A stretch of 64,000 nucleotides of DNA. Source: Acidobacteriota bacterium (lineage in GTDB: Bacteria; Acidobacteriota; UBA4820; DSQY01). Made by a program: the position numbers and the translations under genes. The notes beneath the pieces were generated by a model. That model searched no databases and was not told the DNA's origin. It saw only the letters and a program-made list of their open reading frames with translations. This document shows, one piece after another, positions 31,299 through 44,513 of the stretch; the first letter of the stretch is position 1; each line of letters starts with the position of its first letter. The stretch lies in contig JBBINO010000001.1 in assembly GCA_037443845.1 (NCBI GenBank), forward strand, positions 61,368 through 125,367. Reading direction: 5' to 3'.

Positions 31299-32687
31299 AT
31301 GATTTTTGAGAGCACGGAGGCGCTGAAGAAGCGCCTTGAAGGCGCCGCAAGTTTTGAAAACGACTCGTTCCAGGTGACGGCGCCGTCCGCATTTCGAGGC
31401 GAGCTCGCCGACGACCTCGTGGAAACCGCCGTCTTCGCGAAGGAGAAGGCGGTCAGGGCGGCCGCGCGGTTCGCGATACGTGCGGCCGCGGGGGCGACGG
31501 GCGTCCAGCCCGCCTCGATTCACGACCTCTATTCGGCGATGGGCAGGCAGGAGCTATCGGGGCTGACGGTGCCGGCGATGAACATCAGGGGGCTTTCGTA
31601 CGACACGGCGCGAGCTTTCTACCGGGCCGCGAACAAGCTCGAATGCGGCGCGTTCATCTTCGAGATAGCAAGGACGGAGATGAACTACACCAGCCAGAGG
31701 CCCTCCGAGTACGTGGCCGTCATGCTGGCCGCCGCGCTGCGAGAGGGATTCGCCGGCCCGGTTTTCATCCAGGGAGACCACTTCCAGGCCTCCGCTAAGG
31801 GTTACGCTGCCGATCCGGCCAAGGAGCTGGACGGCCTGAAGGCCGCGATAGACGAAGCGGTGGCGGCGGGCTTCTACAACATTGACATTGACTCTTCCAC
31901 GCTCGTCTCCCTTGAAAGGCCGGACATCAAGGCGCAGCAGCGCGACAACGCCGAGGTCTGCGCCGCCCTCGCCAAATACATAAGAAGGGCGGAGCCCAAG
32001 GGCGAGACCATAAGCATCGGCGGAGAGATCGGGGAAGTGGGCGCCCACAACTCGACGGTCGAGGAGTTCCGCGCCTTCATGGCCCAGTTCACGACCCTGT
32101 ACGGCCAGGACGACGGCATAAGCAAGATCTCCGTCCAGACGGGAACGAGCCACGGGGGCGTGGTCCTTCCCGACGGCTCCGTGGCGAAAGTGAAGCTCGA
32201 TTTCAACGTCCTTTCCTCGATTTCGGCCGTGGCTCGCAAAGAGTACGGCCTCGGCGGAACCGTCCAGCACGGTGCCTCGACGCTCCCCGACGAGGCATTT
32301 CACCAGTTTCCGGCCCACGGGGCTTGCGAGGTACACCTGGCCACCGGCTTTCAGAACCTCGTCTATGAACACAAGATGCTCCCTAAGGAGTTCAAGGAGC
32401 ACGTCTACGCGCACCTTGCGAAAAACTGCGCGGGCGAGCGCAAGGAGGGGGAGACCGCCGAGCAGTTCTATTACAAGACGCGCAAGAAGGGGTTTGGCGG
32501 CGACCTGAAGCGCGAATGGTGGGGCCTTTCCAGGGAGATTCGTGAAGCCATCGGCGCCGACCTGGAAAAGAAGTTCTCCTTCCTCATCGAACAACTCAAG
32601 GTCAAGAAGAGCCGAGCCACCGTGGCGCGCTACGTGAAACCGCGTCCCCAGAAAGCGAGCCTCGACGCCGAGCTGGCGCGGGCTTGA
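31299..32687 (+). CDS. Class II (metal-dependent) ketose-bisphosphate aldolase family protein, long form
   Basis: 462 aa. IQGDHFQ, NIDIDSS, ISVQTGTSHGG and TVQHGAST resemble class II FBA metal and phosphate-binding segments. The family assignment is tentative. Confidence 0.5.
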   Translation: MIFESTEALKKRLEGAASFENDSFQVTAPSAFRGELADDLVETAVFAKEKAVRAAARFAIRAAAGATGVQPASIHDLYSAMGRQELSGLTVPAMNIRGLSYDTARAFYRAANKLECGAFIFEIARTEMNYTSQRPSEYVAVMLAAALREGFAGPVFIQGDHFQASAKGYAADPAKELDGLKAAIDEAVAAGFYNIDIDSSTLVSLERPDIKAQQRDNAEVCAALAKYIRRAEPKGETISIGGEIGEVGAHNSTVEEFRAFMAQFTTLYGQDDGISKISVQTGTSHGGVVLPDGSVAKVKLDFNVLSSISAVARKEYGLGGTVQHGASTLPDEAFHQFPAHGACEVHLATGFQNLVYEHKMLPKEFKEHVYAHLAKNCAGERKEGETAEQFYYKTRKKGFGGDLKREWWGLSREIREAIGADLEKKFSFLIEQLKVKKSRATVARYVKPRPQKASLDAELARA

Positions 32688-32814
32688 GAAATTATCTCCG
32701 GGTAGATTCGCCGATTGGCGAGTCCGCGGCGCCTTCCTGCCTGCAAGCCTGGCGGCGTTCCTTTCGCCGGTCGTTTTCCCCCTTCGGCGCGCGCGGCTAT
32801 TGTTCGTTAGGCCA

Positions 32815-32843
32815 TTGACAAATAAGCCCTTTTCGGGCATAAT
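32815..32843 (+). promoter_or_regulatory. sigma70-like promoter for yajC-secDF: TTGACA, 17-nt spacer, CATAAT
   Basis: ttgaca at 32815-32820 and cataat at 32838-32843 with a 17-nt spacer. The GGAGGAGG RBS and ATG follow at 32871. Confidence 0.45.
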
Positions 32844-32870
32844 CGCAATTTCTTGTGGAGGAGGTACCTC

Positions 32871-33188
32871 ATGTTGTTTGCACTTCTCATGGCCCAGCCG
32901 CAGAACGGGGCGCAGAGCAACCCAATCGCCGCTTTTCTCCCCCTTTTGCTCCTGGTCGTCGTTTTCTATTTCATGCTGATCAGGCCCCAGCAGAAGCGCG
33001 CGAAACAGCACCGCCAGATGATGGATTCCCTGAAGAGCGGCGACCGCGTCTACACGGCCGGCGGAATGAGGGGAACGGTTGCCGCCGTTGACGGCGACAC
33101 CATCGTCCTCAAGGTCGCCGACAACGTCAAACTCACCTTCAACAAGTCCGCGATCGCTGGCGTCTTTCAGGACACCAACCAGCCTTAA
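32871..33188 (+). CDS. yajC: Preprotein translocase subunit YajC
   Basis: One TM helix and MLIRPQQKRAKQHRQMMDSLKSGDRVYTAGGMRGTV. Confidence 0.85.
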   Translation: MLFALLMAQPQNGAQSNPIAAFLPLLLLVVVFYFMLIRPQQKRAKQHRQMMDSLKSGDRVYTAGGMRGTVAAVDGDTIVLKVADNVKLTFNKSAIAGVFQDTNQP

Positions 33189-33197
33189 GGGGGGCAC

Positions 33198-36014
33198 ATG
33201 CGCTCCAACCTCACTTGGAAAACCGCTCTTGTTCTTCTGATAACGGTCCTCTGCGTCTTCTTCTTCTATTTCGAGCCGAAGAAGGGGTTCAACCCGAAAG
33301 GCAACCTCAAGCTGGGCCTTGACCTCAAGGGCGGCGTTCACCTGGTCCTTCTGATGAACACGGACGTCACCGTCCGCAACAAGATCAACAACGACATCTC
33401 GGCCATCAGGGACGAGATGCAGAAGCAGAACGTCCCCGTTCAGAACGTCTACCCCGGCGAAAAGGGCGCATCCATAGTCGTGGAGGGGAACGACCCGAAC
33501 CTAGGCGTGAAGCTCAGGCAGATGGTTGACAAGGACCTCTCCTACTACAGTTTTGACGCCCTGGGCTCCGGCAAGTTCTCCCTTGAAATGAAGGGGAGCT
33601 ACGAGGACGACCTCAGGCAGAACGCGATCTCCCAGTCGCTCGAAACCATCAGAAACCGCATTGACAAGTACGGCGTCTCCGAGACGGCGATTCACCGCGA
33701 GGGCATGCGCTCCAACAAGATCGTCGTCGAGCTTCCCGGCGTCGAGGATTCCACCGAGGTGAAGATTCTCATAGGCAAGGCGGCCCAGCTCGGCTGGCAC
33801 CAGACCGTCGAGCCGGTCAACGGCGCCCCCACCAGGGATGCCATCCTCAAGCAGTACGGCGGCTCGCTGCCTCCGGACATAGGCATCTTCCAGGGCTCTC
33901 CGGACAAGTTCCAGTCCGAAATTTACTTCGCCCTCAAGAAGGTTCCGATCGTATCCGGAGCAGACCTCACCAACGTGCAGGTCGGGGGCAACCAATTTGG
34001 GCAGCCCGTCGTGGACTTCCAGCTTTCGGCGGTCGCGGGGCAGAAATTCAGGGATTTCACGAGAAACCACGTCGGCGACAACGCCGCGATCGTCCTCGAT
34101 GACATGGTCATCTCCAACCCTCGCATAAACAGTGAAATTGGCGACCGCGGAATGATCGAGGGCAACTTCACGCCCCAGGAGGCGAAGGAGCTGGTTCTTC
34201 AGCTCAAGTCCGGCGCGCTGCCGGCCATTCCCGAATTCGCCGAGGAGCGCCAGATAGGGCCCAGCCTTGGCCTCGACAGCATCAGGAAGGGCGCCTACTC
34301 CGGTTTTATCGGCATAGCCGCGGTCTTTATCTTCATGATCGCCTACTACCGCCTTTCAGGCATGAACGCCATCGTCACGCTGGTCTTGAACTTCATCATC
34401 CTGATGGGCGTGATGTCCACCTTCGGCATGACGCTGACCGTCCCTGGAATCGCCGGCATAATCCTGACGATAGGCATGGCGGTTGACTCCAACGTCCTGT
34501 TCTTTGAGCGCATAAAGGACGAGCTGATAGACAAGAAGCCTATCGCCACGGCGATAGCGAACGGCTTCGCCAAGGCGTTTTTGACGATCATTGACACCCA
34601 CATGACGCAGTTCATCTCCGCCTTGATTCTCTTCCAGTTCGGCTCGGGGCCCGTCAAGGGCTTCGCCGTCACGCTGGGCGTCGGCCTCGCCGCATCGCTC
34701 TTCACCTCGTGGTACGTGTCGCGCCTCATCTACGAGATCGTCCTCGAAATCAGGAGCCGCCGCTCCCAGGGCCCCTTGACCACGCTTTCCATCGGCCCCA
34801 TCCACTCCTTCCGCGGCACCAGCATCCCCTTCATGAAATACAAGCTGGCCTTCGTGATAGGCTCTCTCATCCTGATCGCGGCCGGCTTGTGGAGCCTCTT
34901 CACCAAGGGCCTCAACTGGGGCATAGACTTCAGGGGCGGCCAGGAGGTTCAGGTTAGATTCAACCGGCAGGAGGACGCCCGCAAGATCGAGGAGCGCCTG
35001 AGAAAAGCCGTGCCGGCCTCGCTGACGGTCGTCCGCTACGGCCAGCCGCAGGACAACGAAATCCTGATCCGGCTCGAAGCCAAAGACGCATCCGGCAAGC
35101 TTTTGAACGAGAGCGACCTGGCGAACACCATAAAGACGATCCGTTCGTCGCTCTGCGACGCCGATACCGCCGCATCTATCGCCGCGGGCAAGACCGACCT
35201 GAACCAAAGCACTGCGAAGGATCTTGAAGACCTCATACTCTCCGGCATCAACTCCGGCGCCCTTGCCGGTTCGGCCGAAGGGGCGAAGTCGGCCGCTAAA
35301 GCGGTCATGGATTTGAAAAAGGACAGCGGCGGCATCATCCCTTCGATGGATTCGCTGAAGTCCCTCAAGGGCGTGAGCGACAACATGATGGCCTACCTCA
35401 GTAACAAGGCATTCGCCGGAAACTTCTCGCTCTTGAGGACCGACACGGTGGGCCCCACGGTCGGCAAGGAGTTGAGGACCAAGGCCATCTACGCCGTGCT
35501 GGCGTCTCTCGTCGGCATACTCCTTTACGCATGGTTCCGCTTTCAGTTCCGGTTCAGCATCGGCGCCATCCTTTCGCTGGTTCACGACGCTCTCATAGCG
35601 ATAGGCTTCGTCTCCATCTTCAACGTCGAGGTCAATTTGCCGACCGTCGCCGCGCTCTTGACCCTGCTGGGCTACTCGATCGCCGACACGGTCGTCGTCT
35701 TTGACAGAATTCGCGAGCACATGAGGGCGACGCGCAAACAAGAAGACGACGTTCTCTTCGACAAGGCCATCAACGAGACGCTGTCGAGGACGCTCATCAC
35801 CTCGATGCTCACGTTCTTCGTGGTTCTGGCGATGCTCCTGTGGGGCGGCGAGGCGATCTACTCCTTCGCCTTCGTCATGACGGTCGGCATCGTGGTCGGG
35901 ACCTACTCCTCGATCTTCATCGCGAGCCCGTACGTGCTCTGGTGGAACTCGCTTGGCCTTGACAAGTACTTCGCCAAGAAGGCCCCGGTTCCCAACAACA
36001 GGCCGCGCAGATAA
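33198..36014 (+). CDS. secDF: Fused protein-export membrane protein SecDF
   Basis: 938 aa with the SecD periplasmic domain and 6 TM helices, followed by a SecF-like second 6-TM module. Confidence 0.9.
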   Translation: MRSNLTWKTALVLLITVLCVFFFYFEPKKGFNPKGNLKLGLDLKGGVHLVLLMNTDVTVRNKINNDISAIRDEMQKQNVPVQNVYPGEKGASIVVEGNDPNLGVKLRQMVDKDLSYYSFDALGSGKFSLEMKGSYEDDLRQNAISQSLETIRNRIDKYGVSETAIHREGMRSNKIVVELPGVEDSTEVKILIGKAAQLGWHQTVEPVNGAPTRDAILKQYGGSLPPDIGIFQGSPDKFQSEIYFALKKVPIVSGADLTNVQVGGNQFGQPVVDFQLSAVAGQKFRDFTRNHVGDNAAIVLDDMVISNPRINSEIGDRGMIEGNFTPQEAKELVLQLKSGALPAIPEFAEERQIGPSLGLDSIRKGAYSGFIGIAAVFIFMIAYYRLSGMNAIVTLVLNFIILMGVMSTFGMTLTVPGIAGIILTIGMAVDSNVLFFERIKDELIDKKPIATAIANGFAKAFLTIIDTHMTQFISALILFQFGSGPVKGFAVTLGVGLAASLFTSWYVSRLIYEIVLEIRSRRSQGPLTTLSIGPIHSFRGTSIPFMKYKLAFVIGSLILIAAGLWSLFTKGLNWGIDFRGGQEVQVRFNRQEDARKIEERLRKAVPASLTVVRYGQPQDNEILIRLEAKDASGKLLNESDLANTIKTIRSSLCDADTAASIAAGKTDLNQSTAKDLEDLILSGINSGALAGSAEGAKSAAKAVMDLKKDSGGIIPSMDSLKSLKGVSDNMMAYLSNKAFAGNFSLLRTDTVGPTVGKELRTKAIYAVLASLVGILLYAWFRFQFRFSIGAILSLVHDALIAIGFVSIFNVEVNLPTVAALLTLLGYSIADTVVVFDRIREHMRATRKQEDDVLFDKAINETLSRTLITSMLTFFVVLAMLLWGGEAIYSFAFVMTVGIVVGTYSSIFIASPYVLWWNSLGLDKYFAKKAPVPNNRPRR

Positions 36015-36042
36015 ACGCGCCCTCAATTGCGCTAAGAAAGAA

Positions 36043-36070
36043 GCCGCCCGGTTGGGCGGCTTTCTTTTTG
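36043..36070 (+). terminator. Rho-independent terminator after secDF
   Basis: gccgccc ggtt gggcggc hairpin with flanking A/T extension, followed by tttctttttg. Confidence 0.6.
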
Positions 36071-36129
36071 AAATAGAACTCGCTCCCCCGCCGTTTCAAG
36101 AGGTGCCCGCATAGTGGCGGAGGGTCACC

Positions 36130-36453
36130 ATGATAGTGTTGACAGAGCATGCTCAAAGGGCCGTCGAGGACTTTATCGACAAGGAAAAGAAAAAGGGGTA
36201 CGGCCTCAGGGTCGCGGTGGTGGGAGGCGGCTGCAGCGGATTTCAATACGACCTCTCGCTGGCCGAAAAGCCCGCCGGCGATGACGAGGTCTACCGCTTT
36301 GGAAGGTTCTCGGTCTTCGTTGACAAGACGTCGCTCGCCTACCTGAAGGGCACGACGATAGACTACGTTTCCGGCCTCTCTGGCGAGGGGTTCGTCTTCG
36401 AAAACCCGAACGCGCTCTCGTCTTGCGGCTGCGGCCACTCGTGCGAAGCCTGA
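36130..36453 (+). CDS. HesB/IscA/ErpA-family iron-sulfur cluster insertion protein
   Basis: 107 aa with Cys at GGGCSGFQY and the C-terminal SCGCGHS motif. Confidence 0.8.
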   Translation: MIVLTEHAQRAVEDFIDKEKKKGYGLRVAVVGGGCSGFQYDLSLAEKPAGDDEVYRFGRFSVFVDKTSLAYLKGTTIDYVSGLSGEGFVFENPNALSSCGCGHSCEA

Positions 36454-36466
36454 GGCCCCCGGCCCG

Positions 36467-36709
36467 CTACGGCAGGTTTTTGTGGGTCCCGTCGCAAAGA
36501 GGGGCCGCTTTTGACTTCTTGCAGCCGCACCAGGCAACCTTCCCCGCCGCCGCTATCGCGTGCTTGACGGGAGAAAGTCCGGTCCCCTTGTGGGAGCCGT
36601 CACAGAAGGGCTGCTTGGCGCTCCTGCCGCAGGCGCACCAGTAGTATTCGCCGGGCTTCATTTCCAGAACGAACGGCCCTTTCTTGGCAACCACCGGTTC
36701 ATCCGCCAT
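36467..36709 (-). CDS. Tandem CDGSH-type [2Fe-2S] domain protein (mitoNEET-like)
   Basis: 80 aa containing [16 protein letters not shown] and [16 protein letters not shown]. Confidence 0.75.
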   Translation of the reverse strand: MADEPVVAKKGPFVLEMKPGEYYWCACGRSAKQPFCDGSHKGTGLSPVKHAIAAAGKVAWCGCKKSKAAPLCDGTHKNLP

Positions 36710-36778
36710 GGCTCACCTCCGACTGCCGGCAAGGCGCCCGCCGCCCTCGTGGACGGCCTCCGGCGCCATAACAGCGAT

Positions 36779-39289
36779 TCAGGCCGCGCCGCCGCCGTTA
36801 TTATCCTCGTCAGCCGCGCGCTTGGCAATGGATACAACCTTGTCGCCCTCTTCCAGCGAGATCACCCTGAAGCCCTGGGTTCTTCTTCCGACTTCGGAAA
36901 TCCCGCCGACCGGGGTCCGTATCAGCTGGCCTTTCGCGGTTATGACGACGACTTCGTCGTCTCCCTTGACGTAAAGCCCGCCGACCACCTTGCCGTTCTT
37001 CTGGGTCAGCTGGATGTTGATGATCCCCGAGCCGGCGCGGCCCTGGATCCGGTAGAGCCCAAGGGGCGTCCTCTTGCCGTAACCCTTTTCGGTGACGGTC
37101 AGAATGCCGCCCTCCTGCGCGACGGCCTTCCCGGCGCCCTCCTCGTCGAACGATTCGACTACGGCGCCCGAGAGTATTTCCATCTCGACCACCTTGTCGT
37201 CGCCCTTCAAGCGGATGCCGATCACTCCCTGGCTCGTTCTTCCGGACGGGCGCACGTCCTCCTCGTGGAAGGTGATGCAGTGGCCCTCTCTGGACGCCAG
37301 GAAAACGTGGCTCTTGCCATCGGTGATGCCGGCGCCCACGAGCTCGTCGCCCTCCTTGAAGGTCATGGCGATCTTGCCGTTCGACCTGATCGAGTCGAAC
37401 TCGCTCATCGGCGTTTTCTTCACGATGCCCTTTCTCGTGGCCAGCATCAAGAAGTGGTCGTCGTCGAAGCAGCGCCTGGCGGACAGCAGGCCGAGGATTT
37501 TCTCCTCCGGGTCCAGGCTCAAGAGGTTGACCAACGCCCGTCCCCTGGCCGAAGTGCCCGCCTCCGGAAGCTCGTAAACCTTCAGCGAATACACTTTCCC
37601 GAGGTTGCTGAAGAACAGGAACCGGTCGTGGTTGGATGCCACGAAGAGGTGCTCCAGGAAATCGTCCTCCCTCGGCGACATCCCGGCCCGCCCCTTGCCG
37701 CCCCGCAACTGGCTCCTGTACTCGTTGAGCGCCGTGCGCTTTATGTAGCCGCCGTGGGTGACTGTAAGGAGCATCTCCTCGTCGGCGATCAGCTCCTCCA
37801 TCGAGATGTCCCCCGTGTCCTCCACGATCTGCGTCCGGCGCGGGGTCGCGAAATCGGCCTTGACCTGGCGCATCTCGGAACAGATTATCGCCTTGACGCG
37901 CGCCTCGCTCTGAAGAATCTCGGTCAGGTCCTGGATTTTAGACAAAACCTCGCGGTATTCGGCGAGGATCTTTTCGCGTTCAAGCCCTGTGAGCCTTTGC
38001 AGCCGCATCTCCAGGATGGCCTTCGCCTGCGCCTCGCTCAACGAGAATCGGGACATCAGGCCCTCCCTGGCGGCGTCCGGGTCCTTGGCGGACCTGATGA
38101 GCGAGATCACCGCGTCGAGGTTGTCGAGAGCTACGGTGAGGCCCTCCAGGATGTGAGCGCGCTCCTTCGCCCTGTCGAGGTCGTAGCGAGTCCTTCTGAG
38201 GACCACCTCCTTGCGGTGGGATATGAAGGCCTCGATGATGCCCTTGAGCGTGAAGGTCTTCGGCTGGTTGCCGGATATCGCCAGGAGCTGGACGCCGAAG
38301 GTGGCTTCCATCTCCGTGTGCTTGTAGAGCTGCTTCAGGATGATGTCCGAAATTTCGCCCCTGCCGAGCTCCAGGACCACGCGAATGCCGTCCCGGTTGG
38401 ACTCGTCGCGGATGTCGGTTATCCCGGTGACCTTCTTCTCCTTCACCAGCCCCGCGATTCTTTCGATCAGGTTGGCCTTGTTGGTCTGGTACGGGACCTC
38501 CGTTATGATTATTGCCTCGCGGTCCTTCCTCGACTCCTCGGTGTGAGCCCTGGCCCGTATCTTGATGAGGCCGCGCCCCGTTTCATAGGCCTGGCGTATG
38601 CCTTCCCTGCCGAGGATGATGCCGGCGGTCGGAAAATCCGGGCCGGGCATGTGACGCATGAGCTCGGCCGCCGTTATCTCCGGCCTCTCAATGGCCGCGA
38701 CGACGGCGTCCGCCACCTCTCCCAGGTTGTGCGGCGGAATGTTCGTCGCCATGCCGACGGCGATCCCGGCGGAGCCGTTGACGAGGAGGTTGGGAAACAT
38801 CGCCGGAAGAACCGTGGGCTCCGTCTCCTCGCCGTCGTAGTTGGGGATGAAATCAACCGTGTCCTTCTCGATGTCCGCGGCCATCGAATGGGCGAGCTTC
38901 GCCAGGCGTATCTCCGTGTACCTCATCGCGGCGGCGGCGTCGCCGTCTATCGAGCCGAAGTTGCCCTGGCCGTCAACAAGCGGGTGGCGCATCGAGAAGT
39001 CCTGGGCCAGCCTTACGATCGTGTCGTAGATGGCGGCGTCGCCGTGGGGGTGGAACTTGCCCATGACGTCGCCGACGATTCGGGCCGACTTCTTGTAGGG
39101 GCGGTTCCAGTGGTTGCCGCCTATGTACATGCCGTAGATGATCCTGCGGTGGACCGGCTTCAACCCGTCCCTCACGTCCGGAAGAGCGCGGCCTATAATG
39201 ACGCTCATGGCGTAATCGAGGTAGGATTTTTTTATCTCTTCCTCGATCGTCACGGTCACTGGCCGGTCAAAGAGGCTGGTGGTCTCCAT
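36779..39289 (-). CDS. gyrA: DNA gyrase subunit A
   Basis: 836 aa. The active-site Tyr is in the AAMRYTE context, with a QRDR-like segment and a C-terminal beta-pinwheel. Confidence 0.95.
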   Translation of the reverse strand: METTSLFDRPVTVTIEEEIKKSYLDYAMSVIIGRALPDVRDGLKPVHRRIIYGMYIGGNHWNRPYKKSARIVGDVMGKFHPHGDAAIYDTIVRLAQDFSMRHPLVDGQGNFGSIDGDAAAAMRYTEIRLAKLAHSMAADIEKDTVDFIPNYDGEETEPTVLPAMFPNLLVNGSAGIAVGMATNIPPHNLGEVADAVVAAIERPEITAAELMRHMPGPDFPTAGIILGREGIRQAYETGRGLIKIRARAHTEESRKDREAIIITEVPYQTNKANLIERIAGLVKEKKVTGITDIRDESNRDGIRVVLELGRGEISDIILKQLYKHTEMEATFGVQLLAISGNQPKTFTLKGIIEAFISHRKEVVLRRTRYDLDRAKERAHILEGLTVALDNLDAVISLIRSAKDPDAAREGLMSRFSLSEAQAKAILEMRLQRLTGLEREKILAEYREVLSKIQDLTEILQSEARVKAIICSEMRQVKADFATPRRTQIVEDTGDISMEELIADEEMLLTVTHGGYIKRTALNEYRSQLRGGKGRAGMSPREDDFLEHLFVASNHDRFLFFSNLGKVYSLKVYELPEAGTSARGRALVNLLSLDPEEKILGLLSARRCFDDDHFLMLATRKGIVKKTPMSEFDSIRSNGKIAMTFKEGDELVGAGITDGKSHVFLASREGHCITFHEEDVRPSGRTSQGVIGIRLKGDDKVVEMEILSGAVVESFDEEGAGKAVAQEGGILTVTEKGYGKRTPLGLYRIQGRAGSGIINIQLTQKNGKVVGGLYVKGDDEVVVITAKGQLIRTPVGGISEVGRRTQGFRVISLEEGDKVVSIAKRAADEDNNGGGAA

Positions 39290-39351
39290 CCAAATTCCTT
39301 TTCTACCGCGCGCGGCGCGCCTTCATATAAACCGGGGCGCCGCCGCCGCGG

Positions 39352-41745
<2,394 letters not shown>

Positions 41746-41787
41746 TTATGAACCTCCTGGATACTTACCCGCGGATTCTTCCGTTTT

Positions 41788-42915
41788 TCAATCCATCCTA
41801 AGCGGCATAACGACGTAACGGTTGCTCCCGGCCTCATCTTTTCTTACTGGCTCAAGGACCGTCTGGTGCTCGGCGTCGCTCATCTTGATCGCCACGAACT
41901 CGCTCTTGCAGACCGAGAGGAAGTCGGTCAGAAAATCAATGGTGAATCCTATGCTTACAGGTTCTCCCTCGTAGCTTTCCGCCGTCTCGTACTCCTTGCC
42001 CTCGTCGGCGGTCTCCTGGTTTCGGGCCAGAATTTCGAGCGCTCCTGCCTGGCCGAAGCTCAGCGTGACCGCCCTGTTCTTCGTGTCAGCGACCATCGAG
42101 ACCCTTCTTAGCTTCTCCAGGATTGACGCCCTTCGCACTATCGCGACCTTGTCGGTTGGCGGATTGAGCACCTTCTCGAAGGCCGGGAATGACGTGTCCA
42201 TGAGGCGGCTATAGAGAAGCCTCTGGCCCAGTTCAAAGAAGATATGGCTCTCCTTTATGCGCATGTCGAGCCGCTCTTCTCCTTCGAGCTTCATTATCTC
42301 GGTGAGGGTCTTCTTTGGAACCAGTATCCTCGTAGGGGCTTGGACGCCTGTCTCCATTGGATACGTGGAGTGGCTGAGCCTGTGGCCGTCCGTAGAAACC
42401 ATTGTCAGCGAATTAGGCTCCAGGACCAGAAGAGCCCCGCGCACGGAGAACCTGCCGTCCTCGTTGCCAGAGGAGATAAGGACCTCCTCGATGCACTGTT
42501 TCACGGTGGCCGAGTCCAGGTTCACCGGAGCTATGGAGGATGGGTCCAAAAGGGATGGAAAATCCTCCTCTGGCAGCGTCTGCAAGTGGTATTCGTTGCG
42601 CTTGCCAAGAGGCTGCAAGAATAGCTTCCGTTCCGGCGTGGTCTTCAGCCATAGTGGCGCCTCCTCGCCCAGGAAGGCCTTCACTATCGAGCCTATCTTC
42701 CTGGCCGGCACGGTTATGGCGCCCGGCTCTATGACCTCCGCGTGGCACCGTGTCCTCAATGTGACGTCGAGGTCGGTGGCGACTATTTCGAGATAGTCTC
42801 CCTCGGACTTGAAAAGCAGGTTAGAGAGGATCGGTATCGTGGCCTTGCTTTCCACTATCCCAAGGGCGAGGTTGAGTTCCGCCAACAGGGGCTTCGTTTC
42901 TACTCTTATCTCCAT
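41788..42915 (-). CDS. dnaN: DNA polymerase III beta sliding clamp
   Basis: 375 aa with the three-domain clamp architecture and conserved position between dnaA and gyrB. Confidence 0.9.
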   Translation of the reverse strand: MEIRVETKPLLAELNLALGIVESKATIPILSNLLFKSEGDYLEIVATDLDVTLRTRCHAEVIEPGAITVPARKIGSIVKAFLGEEAPLWLKTTPERKLFLQPLGKRNEYHLQTLPEEDFPSLLDPSSIAPVNLDSATVKQCIEEVLISSGNEDGRFSVRGALLVLEPNSLTMVSTDGHRLSHSTYPMETGVQAPTRILVPKKTLTEIMKLEGEERLDMRIKESHIFFELGQRLLYSRLMDTSFPAFEKVLNPPTDKVAIVRRASILEKLRRVSMVADTKNRAVTLSFGQAGALEILARNQETADEGKEYETAESYEGEPVSIGFTIDFLTDFLSVCKSEFVAIKMSDAEHQTVLEPVRKDEAGSNRYVVMPLRMD

Positions 42916-43119
42916 AGGAAGCTCCTCTCTATAAAACTAGTAGTAGTAGATGCTGTTGAAACTGTGGAAAACCTCCCAACCGGCCTTTTTCTAGCCCGTT
43001 GCGGTACGAAACGACCGTCTGAAAACCGTTTCGCGGCCAGCCTAAAAAGAACGATTTTGCCGAACCCGTAAATTTCAACAACTTATTAACACCCTCTTTC
43101 CAACACAGCCCAAAAACGG
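42916..43119. promoter_or_regulatory. Candidate oriC/DUE region in the dnaA-dnaN intergenic spacer
   Basis: Locally AT-rich. A DnaA-box-like TGTGGAAAA lies at 42964-42972, (TAG)4 at 42938-42949 and TTATTAACA at about 43084. This is the canonical oriC position. Confidence 0.4.
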
Positions 43120-44481
43120 TCATCTAAGAGAACTCAGAAACGTGTTGACGCGCTGTTTAAATGTAGCGTCGGCGGACATCTGGCTTTCAACCTTTCGAAT
43201 GGAATGGAGAACCGTGGAATGATGCTTGCCGCCAAACTTTCTGCCTATTTCCGGAAGCGAAGCGCTGGTCAGCTCTTTGCATATGTACATCGCCACTTGC
43301 CTGGGAAGGACGATCTCGGCCTTGTTGGTCTTTGATTTGATGTCCTGAAGCCTGATCTTGTAAGAAGCCGCGACGTGCTTCTGAATCGCTTCTACGGTCA
43401 CGGCCCTGCCGTCGCCCTTGAAAATGGCGTCAAACGTCTGTTTGGCGAGGTCGAGCGTAATGGGAAGCCCCTTGAAGGACGAAAAGGCCACAAGTCTTAC
43501 GAGGCAACCTTCGAGTTCCCTGATGTTGCTGTTGATGTGGGAGGCTATGAAGAGGGCGACCTCCTCCGGAATCTTTATCCCGTGCGACTCGGCCTTCTTG
43601 TAAAGAATGGCAACCCTAGTTTCGAGTTCCGGCGGCTGGATGTCGGCGATGAGCCCCCACTCGAACCGCGAGCGAAGCCTCTCCTCTATGCCGTCTAGTT
43701 GCGAAGGAGGGCAGTCGCTGGAGATGACCAGTTGCTTCTGGGCCTCGTAGAGCGCGTTGAACGTGTGGAAAAGCTCCTCCTGAGTGCCTGCCTTGCCGGC
43801 GAGGAACTGGACGTCATCCAAAAGAAGGACGTCAACGTTTCGGTACCTGTCCCTGAACTCGAACTGCTGCCTGTGGGCGATGGACGAGATCATCTCGTTG
43901 GTGAACCGCTCGGCGGAGAGGTAGACGGTGGAAAGCTTTGGCCAGTGCGTTTTCAGCTCGGCGCCAATGCTCTGCATCAGGTGGGTCTTGCCAAGGCCGA
44001 CGCCGCCATAGATGTAAAGCGGGTTGTAAGCCTTGGAGGGATTTTGTGATACAGCCTGGCAGGCCGCGAAGGCGAACTGGTTGGACGGCCCTATGACGAA
44101 ACCATCGAACTTGTACGCGGCGTTCAGAGGCGTGGCCGAGGCGCCGCCGCTCTCGTCCGGAGGGGCTTCGGCGGCCTCCAGTGGCTTGGCCTTCGCTCGC
44201 TGGGGAATGGGAGTTAGAGACAACTCCTCTCCTTGAGCGGAGGGGTCGTCCACCAGCTCGACCAGCAGGTCCTGGAGGCCAAGCTCCGAAAGAACCTCCT
44301 GGAACAGCCCTGCATAGTTTTCGCCGATGAACCGCCTGGCCATAGGGTTTGGAGCGAGGACCATGAGCGTGGACCCTTTGATGGAGAGGGGCCTTAATGG
44401 CCTAAACCAGGTTTGGTAGACCGGGGGCGGTACCCTGGTCTTGACGGCCTGCATCACTTTGGTCCAAACGTCCTTTGGCAT
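43120..44481 (-). CDS. dnaA: Chromosomal replication initiator DnaA
   Basis: AAA+ motifs (GGVGLGKTHL, Walker B VLLLDDVQF), sensor II and a C-terminal DnaA-box-binding HTH. The start was set at ATG 44481 (MPKDVW...) because the longer ORF start would make DnaA boxes coding sequence. Confidence 0.9.
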   Translation of the reverse strand: MPKDVWTKVMQAVKTRVPPPVYQTWFRPLRPLSIKGSTLMVLAPNPMARRFIGENYAGLFQEVLSELGLQDLLVELVDDPSAQGEELSLTPIPQRAKAKPLEAAEAPPDESGGASATPLNAAYKFDGFVIGPSNQFAFAACQAVSQNPSKAYNPLYIYGGVGLGKTHLMQSIGAELKTHWPKLSTVYLSAERFTNEMISSIAHRQQFEFRDRYRNVDVLLLDDVQFLAGKAGTQEELFHTFNALYEAQKQLVISSDCPPSQLDGIEERLRSRFEWGLIADIQPPELETRVAILYKKAESHGIKIPEEVALFIASHINSNIRELEGCLVRLVAFSSFKGLPITLDLAKQTFDAIFKGDGRAVTVEAIQKHVAASYKIRLQDIKSKTNKAEIVLPRQVAMYICKELTSASLPEIGRKFGGKHHSTVLHSIRKVESQMSADATFKQRVNTFLSSLR

Positions 44482-44482
44482 A

Positions 44483-44513
44483 TTATCCACAACTTTTCCA
44501 CAGGTGTGGAAAA
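44483..44513. promoter_or_regulatory. Cluster of three DnaA boxes overlapping the dnaA start (autoregulation or origin element)
   Basis: TTATCCACA is at 44483-44491. An inverted pair TTTTCCACA (44494-44502) and TGTGGAAAA (44505-44513) is separated by 2 nt. Confidence 0.6.

Noticed and set aside
34356-36026. 556-aa minus-strand ORF opposite secDF
   Set aside because: It is antisense to an unmistakable SecDF. Its translation is Arg/Asp/Gly-rich and low-complexity.
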